A stretch of 64,000 nt of DNA from Candidatus Spongiisociaceae bacterium (GTDB lineage Bacteria; Actinomycetota; Acidimicrobiia; Spongiisociales; Spongiisociaceae), in the NCBI GenBank assembly GCA_965262915.1, contig OZ253564.1, positions 1,568,001-1,632,000 on the forward strand, given 5' to 3'. The position numbers and the translations under genes are program-made. Under the pieces are notes generated by a model. It did no database searches. It was not told where the DNA came from and worked only from the letters and a program-made list of their open reading frames with translations. Numbering within the stretch: the first letter of the stretch is position 1; every line of letters starts with the position of its first letter. Positions 21,882 through 31,132 of this stretch are shown here, one piece after another.

Positions 21882-22872
21882 TCCTGCGCCATCCACCGAC
21901 AGGCATCTGAGCTACCTCGACGCCATCCGGGAGGCACAGCTCGAGGAGATGCGCGCTGACCAAAACGTGGTGATCCTGGGTGAGGACGTGCGTTCCGGCT
22001 TCTATGGAACGACGCACGGGCTCGCCGCCGAGTTCGGCGATGACCGGGTGATCGATACTCCCATCTCCGAGGCAGGTTTCGTCGGCGCCGCGATCGGGGC
22101 CGCCATGTCGGGCCTGCGGCCGATCGTGGATCTGGAGATGGCGCCTTTCGTGTACGTATCGATCGATCAACTGGTGAGCCAGGCGGCCAAGAGCCCGTAC
22201 ATGTTCGGTGGCCGGATACGGATCCCGATCGTTGTCAGGGCGGCGATGTTCTACGGGGCGGGCCTCGCCGCACAGCATTCTGATCGTCCGTACCCCATGT
22301 TGCTCGGCGTGCCAGGGCTCACGGTCGTCACCCCGGCGTCGCCAACCGACGCGAAGTATCTGCTCAAGGCGGCAATCCGCGACGACAATCCTGTCGTAAT
22401 TCTCGAGGACGCCGGGCTGTGGTCGGCTCGTGAGTTCGTTCCCGAGGAGGATCCAACGCGCTCGCGACAGGTTCTGGGCGTCTCCCGGATCGTTCGGCGG
22501 GGCTCCGATGTCACCGTCGTGGCGGTGGCTCGAATGGTGCGCGAAGCCCTGCGGGCGGCCGAGCGCCTCGAAGATGAAGGGGTGTCGGTGGAGGTCATCG
22601 ATCCCCGCACCTTGAATCCGGCGGACTGGGACACGATGTTGGCATCTGCAGAACGCACCGGGCGCCTGGTGGCTGTGGACCCGGCTCATCGCACGGCCTC
22701 ATTTGCGAGTGAATGCGTGGCCCGAATCGCCTCAGAGGCTTTCGACGCTCTGCGGAGCCCGCCGGTCATCGTGGCGACACCGGATGTGCATCCCCCGTTT
22801 GCGCCCACGATGGAGCGGGGCCTGTACCCCGATGCTGACTCGATCGCCGCCGCATGCCGGTCCGTGTTGTAG
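21874..22872 (+). CDS. TPP-dependent dehydrogenase E1 beta
   Basis: GEDV, DTPISEAG, AAQHS, EVIDPRTLNP. Confidence 0.92.
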   Translation: MPDPAPSTDRHLSYLDAIREAQLEEMRADQNVVILGEDVRSGFYGTTHGLAAEFGDDRVIDTPISEAGFVGAAIGAAMSGLRPIVDLEMAPFVYVSIDQLVSQAAKSPYMFGGRIRIPIVVRAAMFYGAGLAAQHSDRPYPMLLGVPGLTVVTPASPTDAKYLLKAAIRDDNPVVILEDAGLWSAREFVPEEDPTRSRQVLGVSRIVRRGSDVTVVAVARMVREALRAAERLEDEGVSVEVIDPRTLNPADWDTMLASAERTGRLVAVDPAHRTASFASECVARIASEAFDALRSPPVIVATPDVHPPFAPTMERGLYPDADSIAAACRSVL

Positions 22873-22881
22873 GAGACAGGC

Positions 22882-23127
22882 GTGGTCGATTCGATAGAAG
22901 TTGTAATGCCTCAGTACGGCATGGGGATGATGGAGGGAATCATCGCGACGTGGCGCGTGACGGTAGGTGACATTGTGACCCGGTGGCAGGTGATCGCCGA
23001 CGTGGAGGTGGAAAAGGTAGACGTCGAGCTCGAGGCGCCGGCTGCCGGTCAGATCACAGAGATATGCGTCGCCGAAGGAGAGTCCGCCGTCGTGCAGCAG
23101 GTTGTGGCGCGCATCGCACCGCAGTAG
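22882..23127 (+). CDS. stand-alone lipoyl-attachment domain protein
   Basis: MPQYGMGMMEG...VEVEKVDVELEAPAAG lipoyl motif; 81 aa only. Confidence 0.85.
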   Translation: MVDSIEVVMPQYGMGMMEGIIATWRVTVGDIVTRWQVIADVEVEKVDVELEAPAAGQITEICVAEGESAVVQQVVARIAPQ

Positions 23128-23219
23128 CGGCGCGGCGGTGAGAAAAGCAGGCCCCTCGAGGCTTTGCCAGGGCCTGACCCCATACTCCTGACGCCATAGC
23201 TATGGAGGCTTCGCGCGCC

Positions 23220-24452
23220 TCAAACGAGTGCTTGGTCGAGGGCGTCGATGAGGCGGTCGATCTCGTCCTTGGTCGTGTAGTGGATGAAGGACATCCGGAG
23301 GACGCCGTTCTCAGGGGTTATCCCCATCCCCTCCAACAGGCGGGGGGCGTAGAAGTCGCCGGCGCCGACCATCATCTTCTGCCCGGTGAGGGCCGCCACC
23401 ATGTCGGGGATGGGGCGTAGCAGTGGGACGATCGAGACGGTGGGTGTGCGCCGGGTTGGATCGACCGGACCGGCTACCCGCACGTCGTCCCGCCCGGTCA
23501 GGTAGCTCAGGAGAGGACTCAGGAGGTTCGTCTCGTGGGCGCGGAAGAGGTCGTGGACGATCCGACCCCGCTCCACGGGGATGGCCTCGGACTCCTCGTG
23601 ATACGTGTATATAGCGTCGAGGTAGTCGATGATCCCCGCGCAGGCCGCAATCTGGGCGTGGTCGGGCCCGGCTGGTACCAGTTTGTTACGGGGCTGGGCG
23701 GCGACGAAGTAGTGGCCCTCGTTCCCCAGGCGGTCGGCCAGTTCCCGCCGAACGACCATCACCCCTTGATGGGGACCCCACGTCTTGTAGGCGGAGAACA
23801 GGTAGACATCCACTCCGAGGGCTCCCACGTCCGGTAGGCCGTGAGGGGCGTAGGACACCCCGTCGACCACCACCTGAGCGCCCACGGCCGACGCTCGGGC
23901 CACGACCTCGGTGACCGGGTTGACGGCGGCCACGACGTTGGAGGCGTGGGGGAAGGCCACCAGGCGGGTACGTTCGTTCACCAACTCGTCGAGATCGGCG
24001 AGGTTGAGGGTTCCCGTGATGGGGTCGACTCGCCATTCCCGCACCGTGATCCCCGTGGCCTCCAGGCGCCTCCACACTCCGGCGTTGGCCTCGTGGTCCT
24101 GGGTGGAGGCGACGATCTCGTCACCGCTCTGCCACATGTGACGGAACGCACGGGCGAGGACGTAGGTGTTCTGGGAGGTGGAAGGTCCGAAGTGGATCTC
24201 GTCCGCTCCCACCCCCATCCACGCCGCCAGGCGCTGGTACGAGTTCTCCATGGCGGCGGCGGCCGCGACGGAGAGCGGAAAGGTGTGGTCGGGCTGCACC
24301 TTGGTGTGGCGGTAGAAGTCGGTGAGCCGATCGATCACCTGCCGGCAGACATAGGAACCGCCGGCGTTCTCGAAGTGCGCCCATTCCCTCAGGCGGGCAT
24401 CGGAGAAGGCAGGGAACTGGCGACGGGCGTATTCGACATCGAGGGGTCCCAC
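23220..24452 (-). CDS. aminotransferase class V, cysteine desulfurase-like
   Basis: FENAGGS, DHEAN, DGVSYAPH, FSAYKTWGPH (PLP Lys). Confidence 0.9.
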   Translation of the reverse strand: MGPLDVEYARRQFPAFSDARLREWAHFENAGGSYVCRQVIDRLTDFYRHTKVQPDHTFPLSVAAAAAMENSYQRLAAWMGVGADEIHFGPSTSQNTYVLARAFRHMWQSGDEIVASTQDHEANAGVWRRLEATGITVREWRVDPITGTLNLADLDELVNERTRLVAFPHASNVVAAVNPVTEVVARASAVGAQVVVDGVSYAPHGLPDVGALGVDVYLFSAYKTWGPHQGVMVVRRELADRLGNEGHYFVAAQPRNKLVPAGPDHAQIAACAGIIDYLDAIYTYHEESEAIPVERGRIVHDLFRAHETNLLSPLLSYLTGRDDVRVAGPVDPTRRTPTVSIVPLLRPIPDMVAALTGQKMMVGAGDFYAPRLLEGMGITPENGVLRMSFIHYTTKDEIDRLIDALDQALV

Positions 24453-24575
24453 AGGTTTCCTCCGGCTCGGGGTCCACCCGCCGGAGTTTGCCAGATCAGG
24501 GTGACGTCGCACGGGTGCCCTACGTCGAGAAGGCCATATCATGAGTTGCCGCTGCACCCTCCGTTCCGAACGGGC

Positions 24576-24980
24576 TCAGGTACTTTCGAGCACGACGACC
24601 GGGATGACCCGTGATGTCCTGGCTTCGTACTCGGCGAACTGGGAGTAATCCCGTTTCTGGCGACTCCAGATACGGTCCCTCTCGTCCCCCTGGGCGACAC
24701 GGGCTATGACCCGGACCGTCTCGGTCCCGACCTCCACCTCCGTTCGGGGATTCGCCACTAGGTTGTGGTACCAGTCGGGGTTGGTGTCGGCCCCGGCCTT
24801 GGAGGCGAAGACCGCGTAGTCACGCCCCACGTCCTGGTACGCGAGCGGGGTAACCCTTCGGGTACCCGTCCGGGCGCCGACATGGTGGAGAAGCAACAGC
24901 GACCGGCCTTCGAACATACTGCCCACCTTGCCGCCGTTGGCCCGAAACTCCTCTATCACACCCTGGTTCCAGTCGCTCAT
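24576..24980 (-). CDS. F420-dependent nitroreductase (Ddn family)
   Basis: WNQGVIEEFRANGG, GARTG, ASKAGA..PDWYHNLVANP, RVIPVVVL. Confidence 0.92.
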   Translation of the reverse strand: MSDWNQGVIEEFRANGGKVGSMFEGRSLLLLHHVGARTGTRRVTPLAYQDVGRDYAVFASKAGADTNPDWYHNLVANPRTEVEVGTETVRVIARVAQGDERDRIWSRQKRDYSQFAEYEARTSRVIPVVVLEST

Positions 24981-25023
24981 TCCACCTTCCTTCCTCTAGT
25001 CTGCCCGGCGACTATCCCGGTCC

Positions 25024-25090
25024 CGAGTCGAGAATGGCACAGTCCTGGAATTACCCGAACACGGGAAGCCCGTCGCTGAGTTCCTGGCAG
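25024..25090 (+). pseudogene. possible Phd/YefM antitoxin remnant
   Basis: RVENGTVLELPEHGKPVAEF resembles the Phd beta-hairpin motif; no intact ORF. Confidence 0.35.
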
Positions 25091-25150
25091 GATCGGAGTG
25101 AGTGCGATTCCCCGGCCCGGGGAGGAATCGATCTGGGTGGACGGGTTTAT

Positions 25151-25249
25151 GAGAGTGCTGAGCAATCCACGAGCGGCCCGTTGCTCAACGAGAGAATGCT
25201 TGGTCGGCGAGCGACGGGCCACGAGCAATCGTCGTTGTTCAGCGTTCTC
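25151..25249 (+). mobile_element. 99-bp MITE-like element, copy B
   Basis: GAGAGTGCTGAGCAAT...GTTGTTCAGCGTTCTC; abuts the TAG stop of the ORF ending at 25250. Confidence 0.75.
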
Positions 25250-25519
25250 CTACAGCGGGGTGAGCCTCCGGGGCTCCGGCGGACCCTTGGGGGGACCCGG
25301 GTGGCCTTCGTGGCGACCTTCGATACGGGCGAAGCTCTTGCCGTTAGCCACCACCTCGCGGGTCAGGTCGCCGAACTCCGCATCTACCCGGTCGAACCGT
25401 CTGTCGATCCGGTCGAACCGCTTGTCGATCCGGTCGAACCTCCTGACCTGGGAACGCCACAGCAGCGTACCGATGCCGACGAGAATCGCAGGGTTGATCC
25501 AGAATGCAATAGATTCCAT
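25250..25519 (-). CDS. small TM plus coiled-coil protein, paralogue 1
   Basis: N-terminal TM helix, RFDRID heptad repeats encoded by 21-bp tandem repeats, ARIEG end. Confidence 0.65.
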   Translation of the reverse strand: MESIAFWINPAILVGIGTLLWRSQVRRFDRIDKRFDRIDRRFDRVDAEFGDLTREVVANGKSFARIEGRHEGHPGPPKGPPEPRRLTPL

Positions 25520-25601
25520 ATCGATAGTGTACATCGTTGCCGGGTCGTGACAACCCCCTTGACCACAGCTTACGCGGAAGTTCCGAGGACTGGTGTGGGC
25601 C

Positions 25602-25814
25602 CTATTCGGCGGCCGACAGCGCCCATGGGCGACCTTCGATGCGGGCGATGCTCTTGCCGTTCGCCACTACCTCGCGGGTCAGATCGCGGAACTGCATGTT
25701 GACCTCGGTGAACTGCGTGTCGATCCGGTCGAACTTCTTGACCAGGAACCTCCAGAGCAACGAGCCGATACCGACGACCAATACGGGGTTGATCCAGAAA
25801 GAAATCGAGTCCAT
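25602..25814 (-). CDS. small TM plus coiled-coil protein, paralogue 2
   Basis: FWINP.L.VGIG.LLWR and DLTREVVANGKS.ARIEG shared with paralogue 1. Confidence 0.65.
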   Translation of the reverse strand: MDSISFWINPVLVVGIGSLLWRFLVKKFDRIDTQFTEVNMQFRDLTREVVANGKSIARIEGRPWALSAAE

Positions 25815-25970
25815 ACCGATAGTCTATAGGTTTCCCGGGCTGTTTCAACCCCCTTACCCCGATCGCAGACGGCTTCTGTGGCACACCTACCTCCCAGCTC
25901 GTCAAGCGATGAGTTCCGGTAGCGTCCGTTAGGGTGGACCACTGATCGAAGGGGGAGACACATCGTCGAT

Positions 25971-26849
25971 GTGTGGGACCGGATGAGTGGAGGCTTGCTC
26001 GGTGTTGCGGCCGGAGACGCTCTCGGCGCGACCGTCGAGTTCATGACCGCCGCCGATATCCGTCGCAAGTTCGGGGTCCACCGCGAGATCATCGGTGGTG
26101 GGCCCTTCGAATGGCGCCCCGGCCAGGGAACCGACGACACCGATCTCACCTGGGCGGTTCTGGCCGCCTATCTCGACGGTACCTACACGCTCGAACGAGC
26201 AGCCGCCAACATGCTCGACTGGTTCCACTCGCGACCCCCAGACGTCGGTGGGGCCACCGCCCAAGCCCTCTCGCGCCTGGACCGGACCGGCGATCCGCGA
26301 ACGAGTGGAAACACCGGAGAGTTCTCCTGCGGGAACGGGTCTCTGATGCGCTGCATCCCCACTGCGCTGGCCCGACGCGACGACACCATCCGCCGCCGGG
26401 AGATGGTCGAGATATCGGCGGTCACCCATGCCCACATCCAATGCACGGACAGTTGTGTGGCCTACGGCGAGATCGTCAACGCCCTCCTCGAAGGGGCGGA
26501 GGTTCCGGATGCGCTGGCCGCGGCGCGCGCCTCGGACCTGCACCCCAAAGTCCAAAAGGCGCTCGACATCGATCCGCGGTTACCTGTGGACCGTCTACGT
26601 ACATCCGGTTACGTGATCGACTCGCTGGGCTGCGCAGTCTGGGCGATCCAGCAGGACGCAACCTTCGAGGAAGTCATCGTAGCCCTGGTAAACCGCGGTC
26701 GCGACACCGATACCACAGGAGCCATAGCAGGAGGCCTAGTCGGTGTCGTTCAGGGAATTGAGGCCATACCCCCTCGCTGGCGGCAGAAGCTCGAGTACCA
26801 CGACCGCTTGGTAGCCGCCATCCCTCACCTGGCAGCCCTTCGCAGGTGA
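25971..26849 (+). CDS. ADP-ribosylglycohydrolase family protein
   Basis: GDALGA.VEF, TDDT, GNGSLMR, VTH, DTDTTGAIAG. Confidence 0.93.
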   Translation: MWDRMSGGLLGVAAGDALGATVEFMTAADIRRKFGVHREIIGGGPFEWRPGQGTDDTDLTWAVLAAYLDGTYTLERAAANMLDWFHSRPPDVGGATAQALSRLDRTGDPRTSGNTGEFSCGNGSLMRCIPTALARRDDTIRRREMVEISAVTHAHIQCTDSCVAYGEIVNALLEGAEVPDALAAARASDLHPKVQKALDIDPRLPVDRLRTSGYVIDSLGCAVWAIQQDATFEEVIVALVNRGRDTDTTGAIAGGLVGVVQGIEAIPPRWRQKLEYHDRLVAAIPHLAALRR

Positions 26850-26937
26850 CGCGAGGCTAGAAGGCCCGCATAACGCTCCTACCTCTTGTAGACGGAAGCC
26901 ACCCGGTATCTAGGCTCAGGACGGCTAGTCTTTAGGC

Positions 26938-27705
26938 ATGGCTCAACTACAACTACGTCCGCACAGCGTCGGTGACATAATCGACGCGTCGTTCACCGTC
27001 TATCGCAAACGCTTCGGCCCGATGATCGGCATCGCCTTGATGCTGGTCTTCATCCCGTTCGTCGTAGGCGTCATCGGGGGGTGCACGATCACAGAACTGC
27101 AGACATCGTGCGACACGGCCATAGGTTGGATCGGTCAGATCGCGTCCCAGATCGGGATGGTCATCGCTGCTGCCGCCGCCATGCCGGTGGCTGCCGAGGC
27201 GTATGTCGGCACATCCGCCGACTGGAGACCATCCGCTGCGGCTGGGCTCCGGAGGATCATCCCGATCGTCGTCGCGACCGTGGTTGTAACCGTTGCTGTC
27301 GCTATCGGCTTCGTATTGGTGCTGGTACCCGGGATCTTCCTGGCTGTCTCGTTCGCCGTGTTCACTCCCGTTCTGATGATCGAGAGGGTCGGTCCGATGG
27401 AGAGCCTCGGGCGGTCCTGGCGCTTGGTCACCGGGGAACGTTGGCGCCTGTTCGGTGCGGGGCTGTCCATGATCATCATCTCGGTCATCGTGTTGGGGAT
27501 CATCGGCTTCGTTCTGTATCTCGTATTGTCGGGGCTTGGCGGGCTCAGTGAAGGGGATGCGTCCTACTACACCCAGCAGATCGTCACTCTCCTGAGCATC
27601 CCGCTCAGCGCCGCGGTCGGGGCGGTACTGTACGTAGACCTGCGGGTACGGAAGGAAAACCTCGACGTTGAGGGGCTGAGTTCCCTGCTGGCCCGCAGAG
27701 ACTGA
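26938..27705 (+). CDS. integral membrane protein (glycerophosphoryl diester phosphodiesterase membrane domain-like)
   Basis: LRPHSVGDIID, SLGRSWRLV, LYVDLRVRKE; several TM helices. Confidence 0.75.
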   Translation: MAQLQLRPHSVGDIIDASFTVYRKRFGPMIGIALMLVFIPFVVGVIGGCTITELQTSCDTAIGWIGQIASQIGMVIAAAAAMPVAAEAYVGTSADWRPSAAAGLRRIIPIVVATVVVTVAVAIGFVLVLVPGIFLAVSFAVFTPVLMIERVGPMESLGRSWRLVTGERWRLFGAGLSMIIISVIVLGIIGFVLYLVLSGLGGLSEGDASYYTQQIVTLLSIPLSAAVGAVLYVDLRVRKENLDVEGLSSLLARRD

Positions 27706-27974
27706 TCGGTACGATCCGAACCACAACTGGAAACGATCCGAGCCACCGTATGCTCCGTCCGGGGGTACTCGACAACGTGGACCCCCACGGGCGAGATCAG
27801 AGGCCTACAGTTGACCGATGCCCAGCCCCATTGCCTCCGCGCTGGCGTAGTATCCCATCGTGCGACTCCCCACTGGTTGAGTTCCCCGATCACACCAGTG
27901 ATCCCGTCAGCGGTTTCAATCGGAACCAACGGCCGGCGCTGTCCAACAAGGGCGTAGAATCGCCTCACAACGTA

Positions 27975-28048
27975 GGCCCCGTCGTCCAGCCGGCCTAGGA
28001 CGCCGGCCTTTCAAGCCGGAAACGCGGGTTCGAATCCCGTCGGGGCCA
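27975..28048 (+). tRNA. tRNA-Glu(TTC)
   Basis: Acceptor GGCCCCG/CGGGGCC, anticodon arm CCGGC-CTTTCAA-GCCGG, T-loop GTTCGAATC; CCA not encoded. Confidence 0.95.
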
Positions 28049-28261
28049 CGGCGGGATGTTCGCCACCAATGGGCTGTGATGTTCGCCACTTAGCCGCTGA
28101 GGGGGTTGCAGGCACCGGTTTTGGGGTGTTCGGGCGGTGCCGGGTGGTGGTTCAGCTGGTTTCGCGGTGGGGTGGGATGGTTTTGCCGGCCCGGGGTGGG
28201 GGTGGGTGATGTTCGGGACGTGGCGGGTCGGACCCTTCCGGGTTGCCGCGTCGTGGTGCCC

Positions 28262-28519
28262 CTAGCGAGCGGGGACTGTCACCTGCCCTACTACCTGACC
28301 GTTGAACGTCTGCGCGACTGTGACATGATCCGGCAGCGACGGGTCTAGGCGGACGATGAAGCCGCCTTCGAGGGCGTACCCGTCGGGGAGTCGTGCTGCC
28401 AAGGCGTCAAGCTCCGCCATAATTGCTTCGTCGTGTGCCCCCGCTGCGGCTTCGTCGGACAACCGCGACAAAGCGGCTTCCATCTCTTCCCAGGTTTCTA
28501 CGTGTTCACGGGTAGCCAT
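28262..28519 (-). CDS. putative antitoxin/partner protein (LPDGY...DP.LPDH family)
   Basis: Acidic 85-aa ORF downstream of toxin-like gene; homologous to 29448-29717. Confidence 0.6.
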   Translation of the reverse strand: MATREHVETWEEMEAALSRLSDEAAAGAHDEAIMAELDALAARLPDGYALEGGFIVRLDPSLPDHVTVAQTFNGQVVGQVTVPAR

Positions 28520-28569
28520 CCCCGAATCGTAACACCGGCGGCGGCTCCGGGGTTGCTGTGGTTCGCTCA

Positions 28570-28812
28570 CTAGCGTAGATATCGTCGGTCCGTCCGGTCT
28601 GATATGACATGGGCGTGGTAGACAACCAATTCGCTGCCACGCCATTCGGCAAGAACCATGGCTGGGCCTTGAGATGTCGGTCCGACATAGCGTATTCCGC
28701 TCTCGCCCCGTCGGGTGGTTATGGCCGCATAGCCGAATGGGTGGTCAATAGCCCACTGGATGTCACCCTGGGTCAGTCCCTGCCTGAACGCGGATTGTAG
28801 GTAACGGGCCAT
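28570..28812 (-). CDS. putative RelE/BrnT-fold toxin
   Basis: SAFRQG...DI...YVG...LVVYHA pattern of small actinobacterial RelE-like toxins. Confidence 0.65.
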   Translation of the reverse strand: MARYLQSAFRQGLTQGDIQWAIDHPFGYAAITTRRGESGIRYVGPTSQGPAMVLAEWRGSELVVYHAHVISDRTDRRYLR

Positions 28813-29447
28813 GTGATAAGGGGAAGATTACCCGCACGTGCGGGGGGCTGCGCCCGCGGCTAGCGGGGTCGGAGACGGTCGGATCGGGGGGGCGTTCACG
28901 GACCAGGTCGCGGACGGCGACTGTGGCTGCGGTTGGATGGCGCAGGCCCCTGCGGGAATGTGGAAGTCCCCCCCACTGTTAATGTGGAAGTCCCCGTGGG
29001 AGTGGTCGTATCACCGCAGGTCAGGGATGGTGGCGAACATCCCTCAGAGGGATGTTCGCCACTAATGGGCTGTGATGTTCGCCACTTAGGCGCTGAGGGG
29101 GTTGCAGGCACCGGTTTTGGGGTGTTCGGGCGGTGCCGGGTGGTGGTTCAGCTGGTTTCGCGGTGGGGTGGGATGGTTTTGGCGGCCCGGGGTGGGGGTG
29201 GGTGATGTTCGGGACGTGGCGGGTCGGACCCTTCCGGGTTGCCGCGTCGTGGGGGGTTAGCCTGCCTGGGGTGGTCCCCTGCTGTGCTGGTTCGGGTTGT
29301 GTTCCGCTGGCAGCGGCGACTGTTCGACGGTTGCCTCGGTGATGTGTGGGGTGTGTTCGGGTGTACTGGTGGGGTCGGGCCGGGCGTGGGTGTCAGGCTA
29401 TGCGGCTTGGGTTGATCCGTCCTGAGAGACGATAAGGGTCGGGGCTG

Positions 29448-29717
29448 CTACCGGCGGACGGGAACCCTGCACATACCGGAGGGGACACCGTTCACAAGAG
29501 CGGGTATGTAAAAATGGTCGGGCAGGCCCGGGTCGGTGCGTATCACATGGTTGTGTTCGTCGAGTACGTACCCGTCGGGTAGTTGGCTGGCTAGATATTC
29601 GATGACGTCCACCCCATGGTCGAACTCGCCCGCTTCAGCGGCCCGGGCCAGCTCCCGGTACCGCTCCTCCTCTTCTTCTTCGCTCAGGGTATCGGCCGCG
29701 TGTGATGTCATCGTCAT
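29448..29717 (-). CDS. putative antitoxin/partner protein
   Basis: AAEAGEFD...LPDGYVLD...RTDPGLPDH; homologue of 28262-28519. Confidence 0.6.
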   Translation of the reverse strand: MTMTSHAADTLSEEEEEERYRELARAAEAGEFDHGVDVIEYLASQLPDGYVLDEHNHVIRTDPGLPDHFYIPALVNGVPSGMCRVPVRR

Positions 29718-29784
29718 GCGGCGCAGCATACCCCATCCGATACGCGAAAGGGTCTCCCCGCCCCCCCGGGGGACGGATAGCGGA

Positions 29785-30006
29785 CTAGTACCGTCTGCAT
29801 ATATCTGCGTGGAACACGACAATGTCCCCGCGATGGTCATACTCATAGAGCACTTCGATCAAGTCCATGTTCGACGCGAACCCGACTTTCGATATCACCA
29901 GCTGACTTCCCCTAAGTTCCGAAACGGAGATGGGGCTGTCTAGTACCCTTTCGATGTCCCAGCGTGTGTAACCGTGCTTGAACGCCGAGTTCTTATAGCG
30001 GACCAT
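29785..30006 (-). CDS. putative RelE/BrnT-fold toxin
   Basis: SAFKHGYTRWDI...VGF...LIEVLY...IVVFHA. Confidence 0.7.
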   Translation of the reverse strand: MVRYKNSAFKHGYTRWDIERVLDSPISVSELRGSQLVISKVGFASNMDLIEVLYEYDHRGDIVVFHADICRRY

Positions 30007-30469
30007 GCTCACCTTCGTCCCACCGGACACCAACTCGGTCGTCTCCAGACGACATCCAGGCTCGTAACAGATTAGGGACCACGGTGGAACCGGTCCAGAC
30101 ATGGTCGGGCACATACTGGACCAGGGGTTCCGTCAGAACCCGCGGGTGGATGGCGCAGGCCCCTGCGGGAATATGGAAGTCCCCCCACTGATAATGTGGA
30201 AGTCCCCATGGGAATGGTCGTATCACCGCAGGTCAGGGATGGTGGCGAACATCCCACGGCGGGGTCTTCGCGTGTTGGTGGGTGTCGGGTTCGCGGGTTA
30301 GGGGGTTCGGTCGGGCTTTTGGCTGGTTTGGGGGGTTTTTGGGGGTCTGATGGGGTGTGTGCGGTGCTGCGGGGTGCCGGTTATGGGTGTTGGTGGTGTT
30401 GGCGGCTGGTTGTGGACGCGTTTGGTTCGATGGGTGGGTCCCGTCGATGGGGGATGGGTCGGGGTTGGT

Positions 30470-30775
30470 TTATGGGGGTGCCCGGCTGGGTGTGGGATTG
30501 GTCGGGTGTGGGGTTGGTGTGGCTGATGCGGTGGTGTTGGGGGTTGTCTGGTCGCGGTGGGCCGGGGTGGTGTGGTTCCGGTTCTTGGGGCGGCAGGCGC
30601 GTCGGGTGTGTTTGAGGTTGTGGATGACGGCGGCCATGGGCGCGGCGAGTGTGTGAGCAGCGAGACCGAACGCGCGGCAGGATGCTCTGTTGAAGCTGCC
30701 GTCGTCTTTGATCATGCCGTTGACGCCTTCGACGGGGTTACGTCCGGCGTAGAACGACCCGTCGGTTCCGTCCAC
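30470..30775 (-). pseudogene. DDE transposase C-terminal fragment (IS4/IS5-superfamily type)
   Basis: Y-AG-R-NPV-E-GVNGMI-K fits the Y(2)R(3)E(6)K signature; low-complexity tail ending RAPP. Confidence 0.75.
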
Positions 30776-31132
30776 TAACCTGTACCGCTACCCGCCTGTC
30801 GCCAAGATATGTCAGGTCATCGGGGCAACACCCTCCCGGTGGGTACCCCCAATACCGATGGAAACAAAAACCCGAACAACGCTGACAACAACAAGTAGGA
30901 GAACGACAATGCGGGGACGGCGTGTCACAGGGTATCGATACAGTTGATCGCGATCAGCAATCTGGGGAGGTCGGTCAGGTGTTTCGGAACTTCTGGAAGT
31001 GGTTCACCGGCTTATACCCGGCTACGGTAGTAGCCGTGCCTGCGTTGGCATTCGACAGTGTCCGTCTTGACATATGCAGTACTGCACGACACAAAACCGC
31101 TACTGGTGACATGCGACATATAGACTCACAGC

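Larger units (their letters stand above)
28053..29043. mobile_element. TIR-bounded cargo cassette 1 (non-autonomous)
   Basis: GGGATGTTCGCCACCA...TGGTGGCGAACATCCC perfect 16-bp IR; preceded by ACGGC (28048-28052). Confidence 0.85.
29049..30255. mobile_element. TIR-bounded cargo cassette 2
   Basis: About 200-bp left end and 105-bp right end nearly identical to cassette 1; separated from it by TCAGA; followed by ACGGC; retains a minus-strand tail ...SRGPPQAG*. Confidence 0.85.

Noticed and set aside
28053-30260. Repeats as a CRISPR array
   Set aside because: Repeats are 100-200 bp element ends separated by about 1 kb with genes; no regular repeat-spacer period and no cas genes.
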